DNA of 64,000 bases, from NCBI GenBank assembly GCA_946965045.2, contig OX337233.1, positions 2,666,001-2,730,000 on the forward strand, in the 5' to 3' direction. This document shows positions 52,717 to 64,000 of the stretch, one piece after another (within the stretch, counting starts at the first letter, position 1; each line of letters begins with the position of its first letter). The notes under the pieces are model-generated. The model saw only the letters and a list, made by a program, of their open reading frames with translations. It was not told the origin of the DNA and did no database searches. Source of the stretch: Epithemia pelagica (Eukaryota; Protista; Bacillariophyta). Position numbers and translations under genes: made by a program.

Positions 52717-53356
52717 GACATGATTCGATATGGACGGGACATCAGTTTCCATCGTTGGGTTCTTGGTTCTTTTTTATTTACAATAAGCTTGATGGTTGAG
52801 CTGGTTCTGCAGAGGAGTTTGCTACTGTCTCACAAGGCGCTTGCCAAGTGCTCGTTCAACGAGCATGACGTGTTCCCTTTCGATTCAAATGTAATGAAGT
52901 CTCGTAGAGACTGACGGCGATGGGCAAATTATTGCCCGCTGAAACAGTTTCAAAGACTCTGCTGCAAATTGAAAAGTCCCGCTGGAATCTGTGGTATCAG
53001 TGAATTGGACGGTACCACCAAACAACACAATCTTGATTCAAATGTTGCCTATTTGCTCCAGTTAAAAGGTATAGACTCCAGAGTTTGAAGCTCTAAATTT
53101 TGATGAACACTGAAGCTCTCGATAATTTTCTGCGCTAGTAAATGGACTACCGATCAACAGATTTTAAGTTCTGAGTTCTCCGGAGCGTGCAAAGTTCATC
53201 TATGGGCGAAAGGAGGATGATAGTCGTTGGTAAAGATGTGAAATTATGAATGATGGATGTCCTGTTATAAATAATGGGTATAAAATATGGAATTGTTCGG
53301 TGCCTTCGTTGCAGTACTCTTATGCTTGCGCCCCATCGGTGATTTAGATCGTTGCC

Positions 53357-56300
53357 TCATCCACAAAATGTGCAACAATCACACTCAACAAAGTTCGGGT
53401 TGCCACTGTTAAGACAGTCAGCAGACAAAGCTGTGAGCGGATCGCCCCTTAGATCACAAACTCGTGCCGGCATTGTCCCTCCAAGAAAATTGCTATGGAA
53501 AAGCGCTTCCTCTGGATGAATTTTCGGTTGAAGATAGACCCATGGTGTTAGCTTCGCTGTACGACTGAAAGTAGAAACAGGAACAAAGTAAGCACTTACG
53601 GAGATTTGACAGTTGCCCAACCTCGTCGGGGATGGATCCACGAAGTGTATTTGATTGCAAGTGAAGGATTTCTAGATTTTCCAGAGCAGCGATTCTTGTA
53701 CTGATCTGGAAATCAAAGAAGTTGGTATCGAGCTCAAGAATTCTTAGACCATTGAGATCATAAAGCGATAAGGGAATATCACCTGTTAGGAGCTGGAAAC
53801 TAAGAGATAGCTCTTCGAGCCTAGAAAGTTCAGTAAAAACGTCAGGAATCTTTCCTTGGATGGCTCCATCTTCAAGAACCAGTACTCTCAGCTCAGGAAA
53901 TTCTCTCAGCTCTGTGTTGATAGCACCAGTCATTCCAATCCTCTCTGTAGATGTAAAATTAGACAAAGAAACGTGAGGATGATGCGATCCCCAAAACGAA
54001 GTTTGAGCAAACATTGTCTTACCTAAGGATATCTGAACAACTTCATCGTATTCTCGACCAAAGTCAAAGCAAACTGCCCCGCCCCATTCACACTCAAGGC
54101 TCGGTGTCAACCAGGCATCTGATCCGGTTCCTGGAATGATTTCAATATCGCATTTTGCATTCGCGTCAGCAATCGCCACGGGGTCTGAAAAATCTGAAGG
54201 GGCGCTACATTTTGTCCATCTGTCTCCTCGTAAACTGTAGTACATAGTCGCAAGGGAGTAGCGCTGGATCAAGTTAGGATCGAATGGACAAAGATATCTA
54301 GTGTCCTCTTCAATAAGCCATCGTGCTGCTTGACCTTGGGGAGTTGTTTCATCCTGTATATCTTGCAAGGATGAAGCTTGGGTCAAGAAAAGCAGTATTT
54401 GAGAACGTCTTTGAGATTCGCTCAAGTTGCATCTTGGAGTGGGCGCCGCGGATGGCTCTACTGGTGGTTGTCCTGGTGTCGGATTGTTTGTTGGGTTGTC
54501 TGTTGGGTTGTTTGTTGGGTTCAACGTGGTCGGAGACACTGAGGGGACATTGGAAGGGCTGGGACTGGGGTCATGAGTTGGTGAAACAGATGGAAGGAAC
54601 GACGGTTCGTCAGTAGGAGTTTGTGTCGGTTCAACATTGCTTGGTGGAACTGAAGGTTCACTTGAAGGAATTTGCGACGACGGTGACTGCGATGGATCAG
54701 CTGTCAACACTGGTGACGGGGAGCTGTTGTCTGTGGGAGAGACAGAAGGATTTTGTGAAGACGAAGGTTCTGTCCCACTGGATGGACCCTGAGTTGGGAG
54801 ATGTGACGGAGCTGTGGAAGGAAGATGTGACGGAGCTGTGGAAGGAAGTGTAGTCGGTTCAGACGATGGATTTTCTGATGGCTCGGTGGAAGGCAATAGA
54901 GAAGGAGTCGTTGTCGGACCACTGGAAGGCATTTCAGTAGGCACTGAACTTGGATTTGAAGAAGGATCAACAGAAGGTTGAGTAGAAGGAGCTGCTGTTG
55001 GGTTAGTTGATGGCATGTCTGACGGTGGAATCGATGGTAGTGCAGGAGGGATAATTGATGGTAAGTGAGAGGGAGTGTCCGAAGGAGTTTCCGCAAGAGA
55101 TGGACCATGTGTCGGTGCCTGGCTTGATGGGATGGAGATTGACGGTTCACTGGATGGCTGAGATGTGGGTGCGCTGCTAGAATCGAAGGGACTGGAAGAA
55201 GGGTAATCTGACGGCCTAATGGATGGAATACCAGTTGGGTCAGGAGATGGGAAATTGGTGGAGTTGACCATTGGTTGGATTGAAGGGACGGCTGTAGGAT
55301 GCTCACTAGGCTCTGTGGATGGATGCGGAGATGGCTGGATTGGCTGCCCGGACGGTAACACTGAGGGGAAACTTGACGGATTCGGTGTCGAATCAGCCGA
55401 AGGTGTGACCGTGGGGTTCCCATTTGGGGAAACTGTTGGTCTCAACGACGGAAGTGAACTTGGAAATTCTGTAGGGAAAGTGGACGGCTCTCTCGATGGA
55501 ATGACTGTCGGCTGATCTGAGGGACCAAGTGATGGTTCGGTGGTGGGCTCATCAGATGTTGGTTCCATAGTGGGTGTGGTACTTGGAGACAAAGAAGGTA
55601 ACATTGATGGCTTGGGCGAAGGTTCAATTGTCGGTTGGCCAGATGGATCTCGCGATGGACCACTCGATGGCATTGCCGACGGCCTCAATGTCGGATCTGT
55701 CGATGGCAAAACAGATGGTGTTCCGGAAGGACTTGAACTGGGAGAGGTCGTTGGATCCTCCGATGGCTGTCTAGTCGGTTCTGATGTTGGTATTTCTGAC
55801 GGCATGCTTGTTGGAAAAGCCGATGGAAGCTCTGTCGGAAAACTCGAAGGAATCTCTGATGGAGTCATGCTTGGTATATTCGAAGGGCGAGAAGATGGAT
55901 TTTCCGACGGTAAAGACGAATGAGTGATTGACGGCTGCTCAGACGGCAGTCCCGACGGAGAGATTGACGGCTGTTCAGACGGCAATGACGAAGGATTCTC
56001 AGAGGGCAATGATGAAGGGATTTCAGAAGGTTCTTCAGATGGTGTCGATGAGGGAGTTTTCGATGGATGATATGACGGTGTCGATGAGGGATTGCTCGAA
56101 GGATTCTCAGATGGTGTCGATGAGGGATTGCTCGAAGGATTCTCAGATGGCTCCGATGAGGGATTGCTCGAAGGATTCTCAGATGGCTCCGATGATGGGC
56201 TGCTCGAGGGCGACAAGCTAGGACTGCAGGATGGAAGACTTGATGGAAGGTCTGTTGGAGTGGTGGATGGTGACTCGCTCGGCGTTTCCGACGGCTCAGA

Positions 56301-57020
56301 CGATGGTCTCATACTTGGTTGGTGGCTTGGGTTATGCGAAGGTTCGATAGTCGGGTTATCCGATGGAGTTGACGTGGGAGTTCCGCTCGGAGAGTTGCTG
56401 GGCAATGATGTTGGTACCTCACTCATACTCAATGCATTTCTAGCCCATGGATGCGTGATCATGTAATCTTTAATATCAAAGCCCCTAAGAACTCTCTCCC
56501 AGAATTCGGGATCATCTTGTATCACTTCTTCTTGCTTTTCTTCCAATTGACGAGAAACTTGCGCACCACAGGGACCATCCGCTCGTTCATTCGTCGGTTT
56601 CGTCGAAGGCTGCTCTGTCGGTTCCTGTGAAGGCTCTTTTGTGGGTGTCGTGGAAGGGCTTTCAGTAGCAATAGTTTGTGTCAACGGGTCTTTGGATTCT
56701 TCTTTGTTTTGATTGGATTTCGCGTCGGCAATAACATCTTTAATGCTTCCCCGTCCATGGTGATGTGCTTGAGCCACAATATCTTCGAATCCCAAACCTA
56801 TGGTTCTGTCAGTGCTTGTTCTTCGACCGCCTGATAATGTTGAAGCTCTCTCAAGTTTCCGTATTCTATTTTCACTGCTCTCCTCTGTAGATTGGTTTAT
56901 CTTGGAAGCATGAACTCCCCTCACAGAGACAAGGCTTGGAGTTGTTGTCGCAGCCAATGCAACTAAAAGTAAAGTTGCTGCTGCTACCTTTCTTCTATAT
57001 ATTGTTCTCTTTGACCGCAT
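53357..57020 (-). CDS. Secreted/surface LRR protein with a very long Pro/Ser/Thr stalk; introns 54022-53945 (in-frame) and 53599-53512
   Basis: Signal peptide, more than 700 aa of PSxx repeats, the conserved block TPQGQAARWLIEED...IQRYSLATMYY, LRRs, and a terminal ADC...ECDCCTFC. It has the same architecture as 46025-48398. Confidence 0.88.
56038..56210. repeat. Coding 36-bp tandem repeat (~5 copies; PSSNPSSE/TPSEN)
   Basis: Units start at 56038, 56074, 56110, 56146 and 56182, with consensus GATGGTGTCGATGAGGGATTGCTCGAAGGATTCTCA. Confidence 0.9.
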
Positions 57021-58013
57021 GGGACTTCTTGACAACACTCTGTGAGCTTATAGCTTCGTTTCACAAATATAGATGAGTTCCGTCTCGGTGGCATCGGATC
57101 TCATTCTTTCAGCCGGAGATGAAACCATTGGCACCGATTTGTGCATGTCAGGTGGATGCACAAGATGCGTTGGTTTGTCGTCCGACGCACCTTGGCGATA
57201 TCCACATTTAAGTAATCTTCTGACAACGGATGATGTGAAGGTTATTTAAGATCACAGACCTAATTCATATGCGTGAGTGTAAATATCGAATGTCACACTA
57301 TCCCAATTTCACCTTCGGATATGTCCGTTGAATGATTCCTGCTTTTCCATACGCGAGGCGGGCCATCCTTTAGCACACAATGGAAAAATTTGTTGCACAT
57401 CCGTCCATGCTTATGAAGAATACCTACATCTATTCTTCCTCTCACCCTATTCGCTCGTCGTATCCAGGGAGACGCCATTATGGATCGATTTCCGTAGTGG
57501 ACGAGGGTATTGGCGAAACGAAATCTGTGTAGTCTTTGAAATAACTTATCTGAACAGAGCTGAAGCTCGGACCAATCCAATATTTCCCATGACCAAGCGT
57601 AACCTACGTTTCCCTTGGATCCATGGTCATTTCATTGCAAGCGAGCTACGGGCTGATATTATTTTCCATCTTCTCGTAAAGAGAGATGCATACTTTTTTA
57701 TGTGCTCTAAGGTATAAGTACTCCTTACTCCACTAAGGTTATCAGGATGCTAAGCTTACCGGTAGCTTAACATGACACGGACGACGGTCGGACGATATGA
57801 ATAGTCCAAGATCTTTTTAGCCTAAAACGAGACGTCGACTCTTTACAGAAAGGCAAGGAAGAGAAAAGATACAAGATACAACGAGGCCTTGCTCCAACAG
57901 GCTTTTGAATGAGCTGCTGGCCTTGGATGGAGAGCCTTGCGAAAAAATGGCATCTCTCATTATTTGAACATTCCGTGTGTTTCGAAACACGTTTACTTTG
58001 CTAAAGGCCTATC

Positions 58014-59414
58014 ATGTCGAATGACCACACTGAATCTGCTCCTGCCTCAACGGTAGATCCTACAAAAGCGACGACGGAAACTACCATGGAAGATGTCAAA
58101 ACCGACGACCCTGCCAATGACGATCGCGTTCCCGTGACGATTCTTTCGGGGTTCCTTGGATCGGGCAAGACGACTCTACTTCGATACATTTTGGAATCCC
58201 ACGAGCACAAACAAAAGGTTGCTGTGATTGTCAATGACATGGCCAGTCTCAACATTGACGCGTCGGTCGTCGGTGGGGACTACGATTCCATCGTACAAGC
58301 CAAAAAGGAAATTGTTTCTCTTTCCAACGGGTGCATCTGTTGCGCGCTTCGCGGTGACTTGATTCGAGAAATCAATCGAATTCGAAACCTGGGGAAATAC
58401 GACTACGTTTTGATTGAATCCACGGGCGTGGCGGAACCTCAACAAGTGGCCGAAAGTTTCTGCCTCGACCCTGCGACACAACAGCTCGCCGAAGACCCAT
58501 CTCAAATGCTTTGGACAGTTGCGCGTCTTGACACGTGTGTGACTGTATTGGATGCCAAGGAATTTCCACGTCTCATCAAGTCCGTCGGTCGGTTCAAGGA
58601 TCTGTTTACTGATGGTTTGGAAGAAAACGATCCGTCGGGAGAAGGCAAGAAAAGTATTGCCAATCTTCTCATTGAACAGGTCGAGTTTGCGAATGTGGTC
58701 TTAGTCAACAAGGTTGATTTGGTTTCGGACGAAGAACGCGAAAGTGTCATTCACGTTGTCAAGACGTTGAATCCCAAAGCCAAGATTTTATCAACGTCCT
58801 ACAGCAAACTTGATCTCAAGGAAGTACTCAACAGCTTTCGATTTTCCATGGATGAGGCGCGACTGAGCGTGGGATGGCTCGATTCGCTCAAGCGGGCAAG
58901 GGACGAAGAAGTCAAGACCGAGACAGAGGAATACGGTATCTCGTCGTTTGTGTACAAGGCACGAAAGCCGTTTCATCCAGCTCGCTTGTCTGCTTGGATT
59001 CGTCGCATCTTTCACTTTTGTCATGAATGGCAAGAATTAAACGATGAAGAGGCCAAAGAAGTGGACGATACAACGCAATTAGCCACGATGGAAGAAGAGT
59101 TTGGCCAAATCCTTCGCTCGAAAGGTATCTGTTGGATCGCAGGATGGGACTCCATGCAAGTATCATGGTCCAATAGCGGACGCATCCTTCAAATATCTCC
59201 CATGATGCCCTGGTTTGCCGAAATCCCTAAAGATCAATGGGAGAAGCGCACGACTGAAGAAGTTGAAGAAATGCGAAAGGACTTTGAAGAACCTCATGGG
59301 GATCGACGTCAAGCAATTGTTTTTATTGGCATCAATCTGAATCACGAAGCCTTGATTGCATCCCTGGACAAGGTTCTTCTGACCGACGATGAGATGAAAC
59401 AACACTGTAGTTAG
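58014..59414 (+). CDS. COG0523/CobW-family G3E GTPase metallochaperone
   Basis: GFLGSGKTT, IVND, SNGCICC (CxCC), IESTG, NKVD, and a CobW_C domain (RKPFHP..RSKG...GDRRQAIVFIG). Confidence 0.93.
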   Translation: MSNDHTESAPASTVDPTKATTETTMEDVKTDDPANDDRVPVTILSGFLGSGKTTLLRYILESHEHKQKVAVIVNDMASLNIDASVVGGDYDSIVQAKKEIVSLSNGCICCALRGDLIREINRIRNLGKYDYVLIESTGVAEPQQVAESFCLDPATQQLAEDPSQMLWTVARLDTCVTVLDAKEFPRLIKSVGRFKDLFTDGLEENDPSGEGKKSIANLLIEQVEFANVVLVNKVDLVSDEERESVIHVVKTLNPKAKILSTSYSKLDLKEVLNSFRFSMDEARLSVGWLDSLKRARDEEVKTETEEYGISSFVYKARKPFHPARLSAWIRRIFHFCHEWQELNDEEAKEVDDTTQLATMEEEFGQILRSKGICWIAGWDSMQVSWSNSGRILQISPMMPWFAEIPKDQWEKRTTEEVEEMRKDFEEPHGDRRQAIVFIGINLNHEALIASLDKVLLTDDEMKQHCS

Positions 59415-60106
59415 TTCGGTGGTATGGCTTCGAGGGATTATGCATACTCCTCAGATAAAACCTTTCATACATAAAGATTTTTCCTTTCTTGTGTCTTTCA
59501 CCCATGTACTTTTTCGTTTCTTGGAGCAATCCTCCGTTTCACGTCCGAGCATGCACTTGCTCCTCGTCGAGCTACGAAACGGTTTGGTAATCCGAAGTGA
59601 AACCCACACTCAATGCCACTTGGCACTTGGTATGTGATATACGTCCAATGTTCCGACCCTGGCTAAAACAGTTTCGACTTTGGCGTTCCTTTTCTGGACA
59701 CTTCTCTTGACTTTCTTATTGATACTCGTACTCGTATACTCCTAGAAAAGCAATCGGCAGCTCTGAGGTAGTTACTCCTAGGTAGCTAGTTCATACGCGT
59801 CACGGATGCATTCCGCGACCGCAACTGCGCCACGTCACCCAGAGGAACAAGAGGCCTTTTCGAGAGACCCCGGGGGGTGGGCCTGTGGGCCTACCTTATC
59901 TCATGTGTCCATTCACGGATAGTTTTATGATTTTTCCCCATGAATATGGATAATTTCCGAGTAAATCGTAAATTTACTTTCTATTTTAGCGAGTATTGCA
60001 GCGATAGAATCTTTCGTGGCACGACAGCCAACCAAATCCTTTCGTTGTCCCATTTACAAGAAGATCATCAGTCTCTCAACGATCGGTGTAGAGGAGTTGT
60101 CCCATC

Positions 60107-62008
60107 ATGTCGAACGACGATGCCGATGACGACCGCGTCCCGGTGACAATCCTTTCGGGGTTCTTGGGCGCCGGAAAGACGACCCTGCTTCGATACATTT
60201 TAGAGTCTCATGAGCACAAGCAAAAGGTTGCTGTGATTGTAAATGACATGGCCAGTCTCAACATTGACGCTGCCGTTGTGGGTGGAGATTTCGGATCCAT
60301 TGTTCAAGCCAAGAAAGAGGTCGTTTCGCTTTCCAACGGTTGTATCTGTTGTGCCCTTCGTGGAGACTTGATCCGAGAAATCAACCGCATCCGAAAACTT
60401 GGTAGCTACGACTACATTTTGATCGAATCGACCGGTGTAGCGGAACCCCAACAGGTGGCGGAAAGTTTCTGTGCAGATCCTGAAACGCAAGATCTGGCAG
60501 AAGACCCGTCTCAGATGCTTTGGAATGTTGCACGCCTTGACACATGTGTGACCGTGTTGGATGCCAAAGAATTTCCGCGTCTCATCAAATCCGTCGATCG
60601 ATTCAAAGACCTATTCACGGACGGATTGGAGGAGAATGATCCTGACGGTGAAGGTGAGAAAAACATTGCAGACTTACTCATTGAACAGGTTGAGTTTGCC
60701 AATGTCATCCTTGTGAACAAGGTAGATTTGGTGTCTGAAGAAGAACGTGAACAACTAGTCCGGGTAGTTTCCACGTTGAACCCGAAAGCCAAGATTTTGT
60801 GCACGTCCTACAGCAAGGTCGACCTTAAGGAGATTCTTAACAGCCACTTATTTTCGATGGAGGAGGCACAAATGAGCGCTGGGTGGCTTGATTCCTTGAA
60901 AGAGTCAAAACATGGGGAAATCAAGACAGAGACGGACGAATACAACATCTCATCGTTCGTTTATCGAGCACGTAAACCATTCCATCCTACACGCTTGTCT
61001 GCTTGGATACGACGAATCTTTCACTTTTCGCAGGAATGGAACGAAAATGACGTGAAGGACGACTCGGAACAACTTGCGTCCATGGAATCAAACTTTGGCC
61101 AAATTCTTCGCTCCAAAGGTTTTTGCTGGATTGCCGGACGAGACAACATGCAGGCATCGTGGTCAAACAGTGGACGTCTTGTCCTCATTTCTCCCATGAT
61201 GCCTTGGTGTGCCGTTACTCCCGAGAAGGAATGGGTTGCCGAAACACCCGAAGAAGTTGAAGAAATGCGCAAAAACTTTGAAGGACCATACGACGATCGC
61301 CGCCAGGCAATTGTCTTCATTGGAATTCAGTTGAAGAAAGAAGCTCTGATTTCGTCCCTGAATGAGTGCTTGCTTACTGACGCCGAATTGACAAACCACT
61401 CATTAACTGCCAACTATCGATACCATGATACTCTTCCTGCTTGGTTAAAAACTTATGAAGAACCAGGCGAAACCTTTTGTCCAATATTGCAGGTTGATCA
61501 GAGACACAGGTTTGAGGTTGCACCAGGTCTTTTATTGCGCATAACCAACCTTGCCCTCGACATTCCTATTGAAATGGAGACTGATCCAACAGATTACAAG
61601 ATATGTGCGAAAATATGGTTGGACCAAGGCGAAGGATCGGACAAGGAGTCGCGCTTGTTGGCAACTCTACGCTCTGGATTCTCTGAGCAATATTCTCTTG
61701 CTGTTGAGGTGGCTTCGAAAGTTGTCGAACATGAGGAAGGAGGCGATGAGGAAGAAGAGGAGCACGAGCATGATCACGTGCATGAAGCGGAAAGCACAGT
61801 GCACTGGCTACGAATGGAGCTGATCACTAGGGCGACTGGTAAACGTAGTCATACAGGGGAGACGTTGGCACCAGACTGTGAGGGAGTGCGGGTGCACGCT
61901 TTAGGATCAATCATGCTGCATCCTTCGCGTGAAACGGAAGGAGAAGAAGACAACGAGGATGAAGAAAATGGAGAAGCGTGTGCATTACACGGTCACAACC
62001 ACAAGTAG
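60107..62008 (+). CDS. COG0523/CobW-family GTPase with a C-terminal nucleoplasmin-like domain and His/acidic tracts
   Basis: Has the same GTPase and CobW_C motifs as 58014-59414, plus a ~200-aa extension (LLLRITNLAL...LLATLRSGFSEQYSL...VRVHALG, then an acidic tail and HGHNHK). Confidence 0.9.
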   Translation: MSNDDADDDRVPVTILSGFLGAGKTTLLRYILESHEHKQKVAVIVNDMASLNIDAAVVGGDFGSIVQAKKEVVSLSNGCICCALRGDLIREINRIRKLGSYDYILIESTGVAEPQQVAESFCADPETQDLAEDPSQMLWNVARLDTCVTVLDAKEFPRLIKSVDRFKDLFTDGLEENDPDGEGEKNIADLLIEQVEFANVILVNKVDLVSEEEREQLVRVVSTLNPKAKILCTSYSKVDLKEILNSHLFSMEEAQMSAGWLDSLKESKHGEIKTETDEYNISSFVYRARKPFHPTRLSAWIRRIFHFSQEWNENDVKDDSEQLASMESNFGQILRSKGFCWIAGRDNMQASWSNSGRLVLISPMMPWCAVTPEKEWVAETPEEVEEMRKNFEGPYDDRRQAIVFIGIQLKKEALISSLNECLLTDAELTNHSLTANYRYHDTLPAWLKTYEEPGETFCPILQVDQRHRFEVAPGLLLRITNLALDIPIEMETDPTDYKICAKIWLDQGEGSDKESRLLATLRSGFSEQYSLAVEVASKVVEHEEGGDEEEEEHEHDHVHEAESTVHWLRMELITRATGKRSHTGETLAPDCEGVRVHALGSIMLHPSRETEGEEDNEDEENGEACALHGHNHK

Positions 62009-62288
62009 GACTCTTCAACCCCTAAGGCCATCCTCTATGGTGCGAGTATCGAACCTACATTTTAATCATTGAGGAATTCTTATCGGCAGTTTTATATCTT
62101 ATGGAGTAGGGAGGTTGACTTTGTTATCGCTTTAACAAACCTTCATGAGAAAGCTCCATGGTGGTTGGGATTACGGATTCCGAAAACGCGATTCTTCCGA
62201 TACTTATGTGCGATTGCAATGTGCACAAACCACGTCACCGGGCCACTTTTGGTTTGGGGTTTCCATTCTTAGATTTAGCCTGATCACC

Positions 62289-62867
62289 ATGATGATTCGA
62301 TCCAACTTGTTTCTAATCTTTTCTTCTCTGAGTTACGTGTGCTCCCTCAATGTCCATCCCCCCGTGGCGCGCAGAGACGCCGTAAAAAGCATCACCCAAA
62401 TGGTATCTGCTTCTCTTGGGTCCTTTGCCATGATGCCTTCCTTGGCGGCCAGGGCATCCGAGAACGACGACCGAATTTCCGATACCGAGATCAAAGAAAC
62501 GGTAGAGAAAGACATCTTGGAGCGGCAGTTCTTGGTGACTGGGAACTTGACGCCTCGGGTCTATCGTCCCACAGCAACCTTTACGGACGAAATTGATACC
62601 TACCAAATGGATCAATGGATGAAAGGTACACAAAAGTTATTTGTGGGTGAAAAATCAGAGATACGGTTGGTTGGAGACGTCATGGTATCACCTGAGAAGG
62701 TAGAATTCCGTTTCGACGAAGATCTCATGTTCCGAATCCCTTTTCGTCCGACTGTCTCTCTGACCGGCAAAGTTGTACTTGCGCGAGACGAAGCCGGGTA
62801 CATCACATCGTACCAAGAGTTTTGGGATCAAGATGTTGTTTCTGTTCTCAAGACGGCCAAGTTCTGA
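62289..62867 (+). CDS. Hypothetical NTF2/SnoaL-like (DUF2358-like) plastid-lumen protein
   Basis: Signal peptide, Tat-like ARRDAV...ARA, then FLVTGNLTPRVY...FTDEI...ITSYQEFWD. Confidence 0.7.
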   Translation: MMIRSNLFLIFSSLSYVCSLNVHPPVARRDAVKSITQMVSASLGSFAMMPSLAARASENDDRISDTEIKETVEKDILERQFLVTGNLTPRVYRPTATFTDEIDTYQMDQWMKGTQKLFVGEKSEIRLVGDVMVSPEKVEFRFDEDLMFRIPFRPTVSLTGKVVLARDEAGYITSYQEFWDQDVVSVLKTAKF

Positions 62868-63107
62868 ACGCAGTGTCTTATTTCAGTTACCTGTTGCCTC
62901 TATTAATCGTACTGCTCGTTAAAATGTTTGTGATCTTGGACCACAGTGAGTCTTGAGATCGTTCGGCTATCAGTAACTCGATACATCAGTTTAAAGAAGC
63001 ACTACTTTGCTTTTTCTTTCAGACGCTTATCAACCTTAAATACAAGCGCTACTCCCGACAAAGAACCCCATCCATTGCATCAATTGACCAGAGACATCTT
63101 GAACCAT

Positions 63108-64000
63108 TTAGTCTCCTCCACGTCTAGTGAACCTTCTTAGGAATCGTCGAAGCCCTCGTTTTCTCTCAGGGTGATCGTCGTCACTGTCACCGTCTTTGCC
63201 GTCTCCTGGCTTTTTGAACCCGCGTGTAATGGCAATGCGTGCCTCTTCCAGAGTGGCATCGGGTCCGAGTGGACTCTGCGTGTTCTTTCGTCTATCCTTG
63301 TAAAAGTTTGGATCCTTGGTTCGTTCCAAGTAATCATCTCCCTCTACTTCAGCTAGAATATCAATAGGAAGCTCTGAATCAAAATCACATGCAAGGACAG
63401 TGATTGAAATCTCTTCTTCCATGGCTGGATCAACCAAAGCACCAAAGATGATGTTGGCATTGTCATCCGCGTTCTCGTAAATAACCTCACTAGCTTCGTT
63501 GATTTCTTGAAGTCCCATATCTTCTCCACCGACAATGTTAAAGACAATGCGTTTTGCCCTTTGAATTGGGAAGTCCAATAATGGACTCGATATAGCCGCA
63601 ACAGCAGCATCCGATGCGCGATTCTTGCCAATTCCGGTACCAACACCCATGAGAGCTGTTCCAGCATCTTTCATGACAGCTCGAACATCGGCAAAATCTA
63701 CATTCACAAGACCTGCTTTCAGAATGATTTCTGAAATCCCAATGACACCCTGCCTCAAAATATCATCGGCCACAAGAAAGGCATCCGTCACGGGTGTATT
63801 GTCTGGAACGATCCGTAACAATTTATCGTTGGACACAACAATCAAAGTGTCCACATGTCTGCGCAATTCCTCAATAGCTGCTTCAGCCTGTCTCATTCGA
63901 TTCCTTCCTTCAAAGGCAAAGGGTTTGGTAACAACACCTACTGTCAAACACCCACAATCGTTCTTGGCAATTTCGGCCACTACCGGTGCCGCACCGGACC
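63108..64000 (-). CDS. ftsZ: FtsZ (probably organellar division protein), 5' part beyond the window edge
   Basis: [57 protein letters not shown]. Confidence 0.96.
   Translation of the reverse strand, partial: SGAAPVVAEIAKNDCGCLTVGVVTKPFAFEGRNRMRQAEAAIEELRRHVDTLIVVSNDKLLRIVPDNTPVTDAFLVADDILRQGVIGISEIILKAGLVNVDFADVRAVMKDAGTALMGVGTGIGKNRASDAAVAAISSPLLDFPIQRAKRIVFNIVGGEDMGLQEINEASEVIYENADDNANIIFGALVDPAMEEEISITVLACDFDSELPIDILAEVEGDDYLERTKDPNFYKDRRKNTQSPLGPDATLEEARIAITRGFKKPGDGKDGDSDDDHPERKRGLRRFLRRFTRRGGD

Noticed and set aside
54323-56466. Plus-strand ORFs rich in DG/EG over the LRR stalk
   Set aside because: They are antisense read-outs of the PSxx repeat coding sequence.
1-64000. tRNA, rRNA or CRISPR arrays
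   Set aside because: No cloverleaf, rRNA-like or repeat-spacer pattern was recognised; the GGTTCGA at 43607 belongs to the cathepsin micro-exon.

Overview
This is eukaryotic, gene-dense, intron-containing DNA (GT-AG introns of about 70-210 nt). It is most likely a diatom or other stramenopile; this is inferred from signal-peptide+'AF' plastid-targeting N-termini, thylakoid Tat signals, a nuclear-encoded FtsZ and P/T-stalk LRR proteins. Left to right it holds: the 3' ~11.4 kb of a VPS13 gene; an accessory region (11.3-24 kb) with a nonsense-interrupted HNH-like ORF between ~490-bp direct repeats, two divergent thylakoid FKBPs, a WD40 gene, a Crinkler-like NTPase+nuclease gene and an RNI-like LRR gene whose fragments recur beside both nuclease-like ORFs; a DUF3291-like gene; a protein with a duplicated unknown domain; tandem PCNA and divergent PCNA-like genes; SMP-30; ADAL; an Ldh_2 dehydrogenase; cathepsin Z-like; RPL17; two P/T-stalk LRR proteins; a UBL-STI1 protein; an ABHD-type hydrolase; tandem COG0523 GTPases, the second apparently fused to a nucleoplasmin-like domain; an NTF2-like lumen protein; and the 3' part of FtsZ. 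I could not support any rRNA, tRNA, CRISPR array or classical transposase/RT gene. All family assignments come from motifs recognised by eye, and exon structures were inferred manually; none were database-verified.
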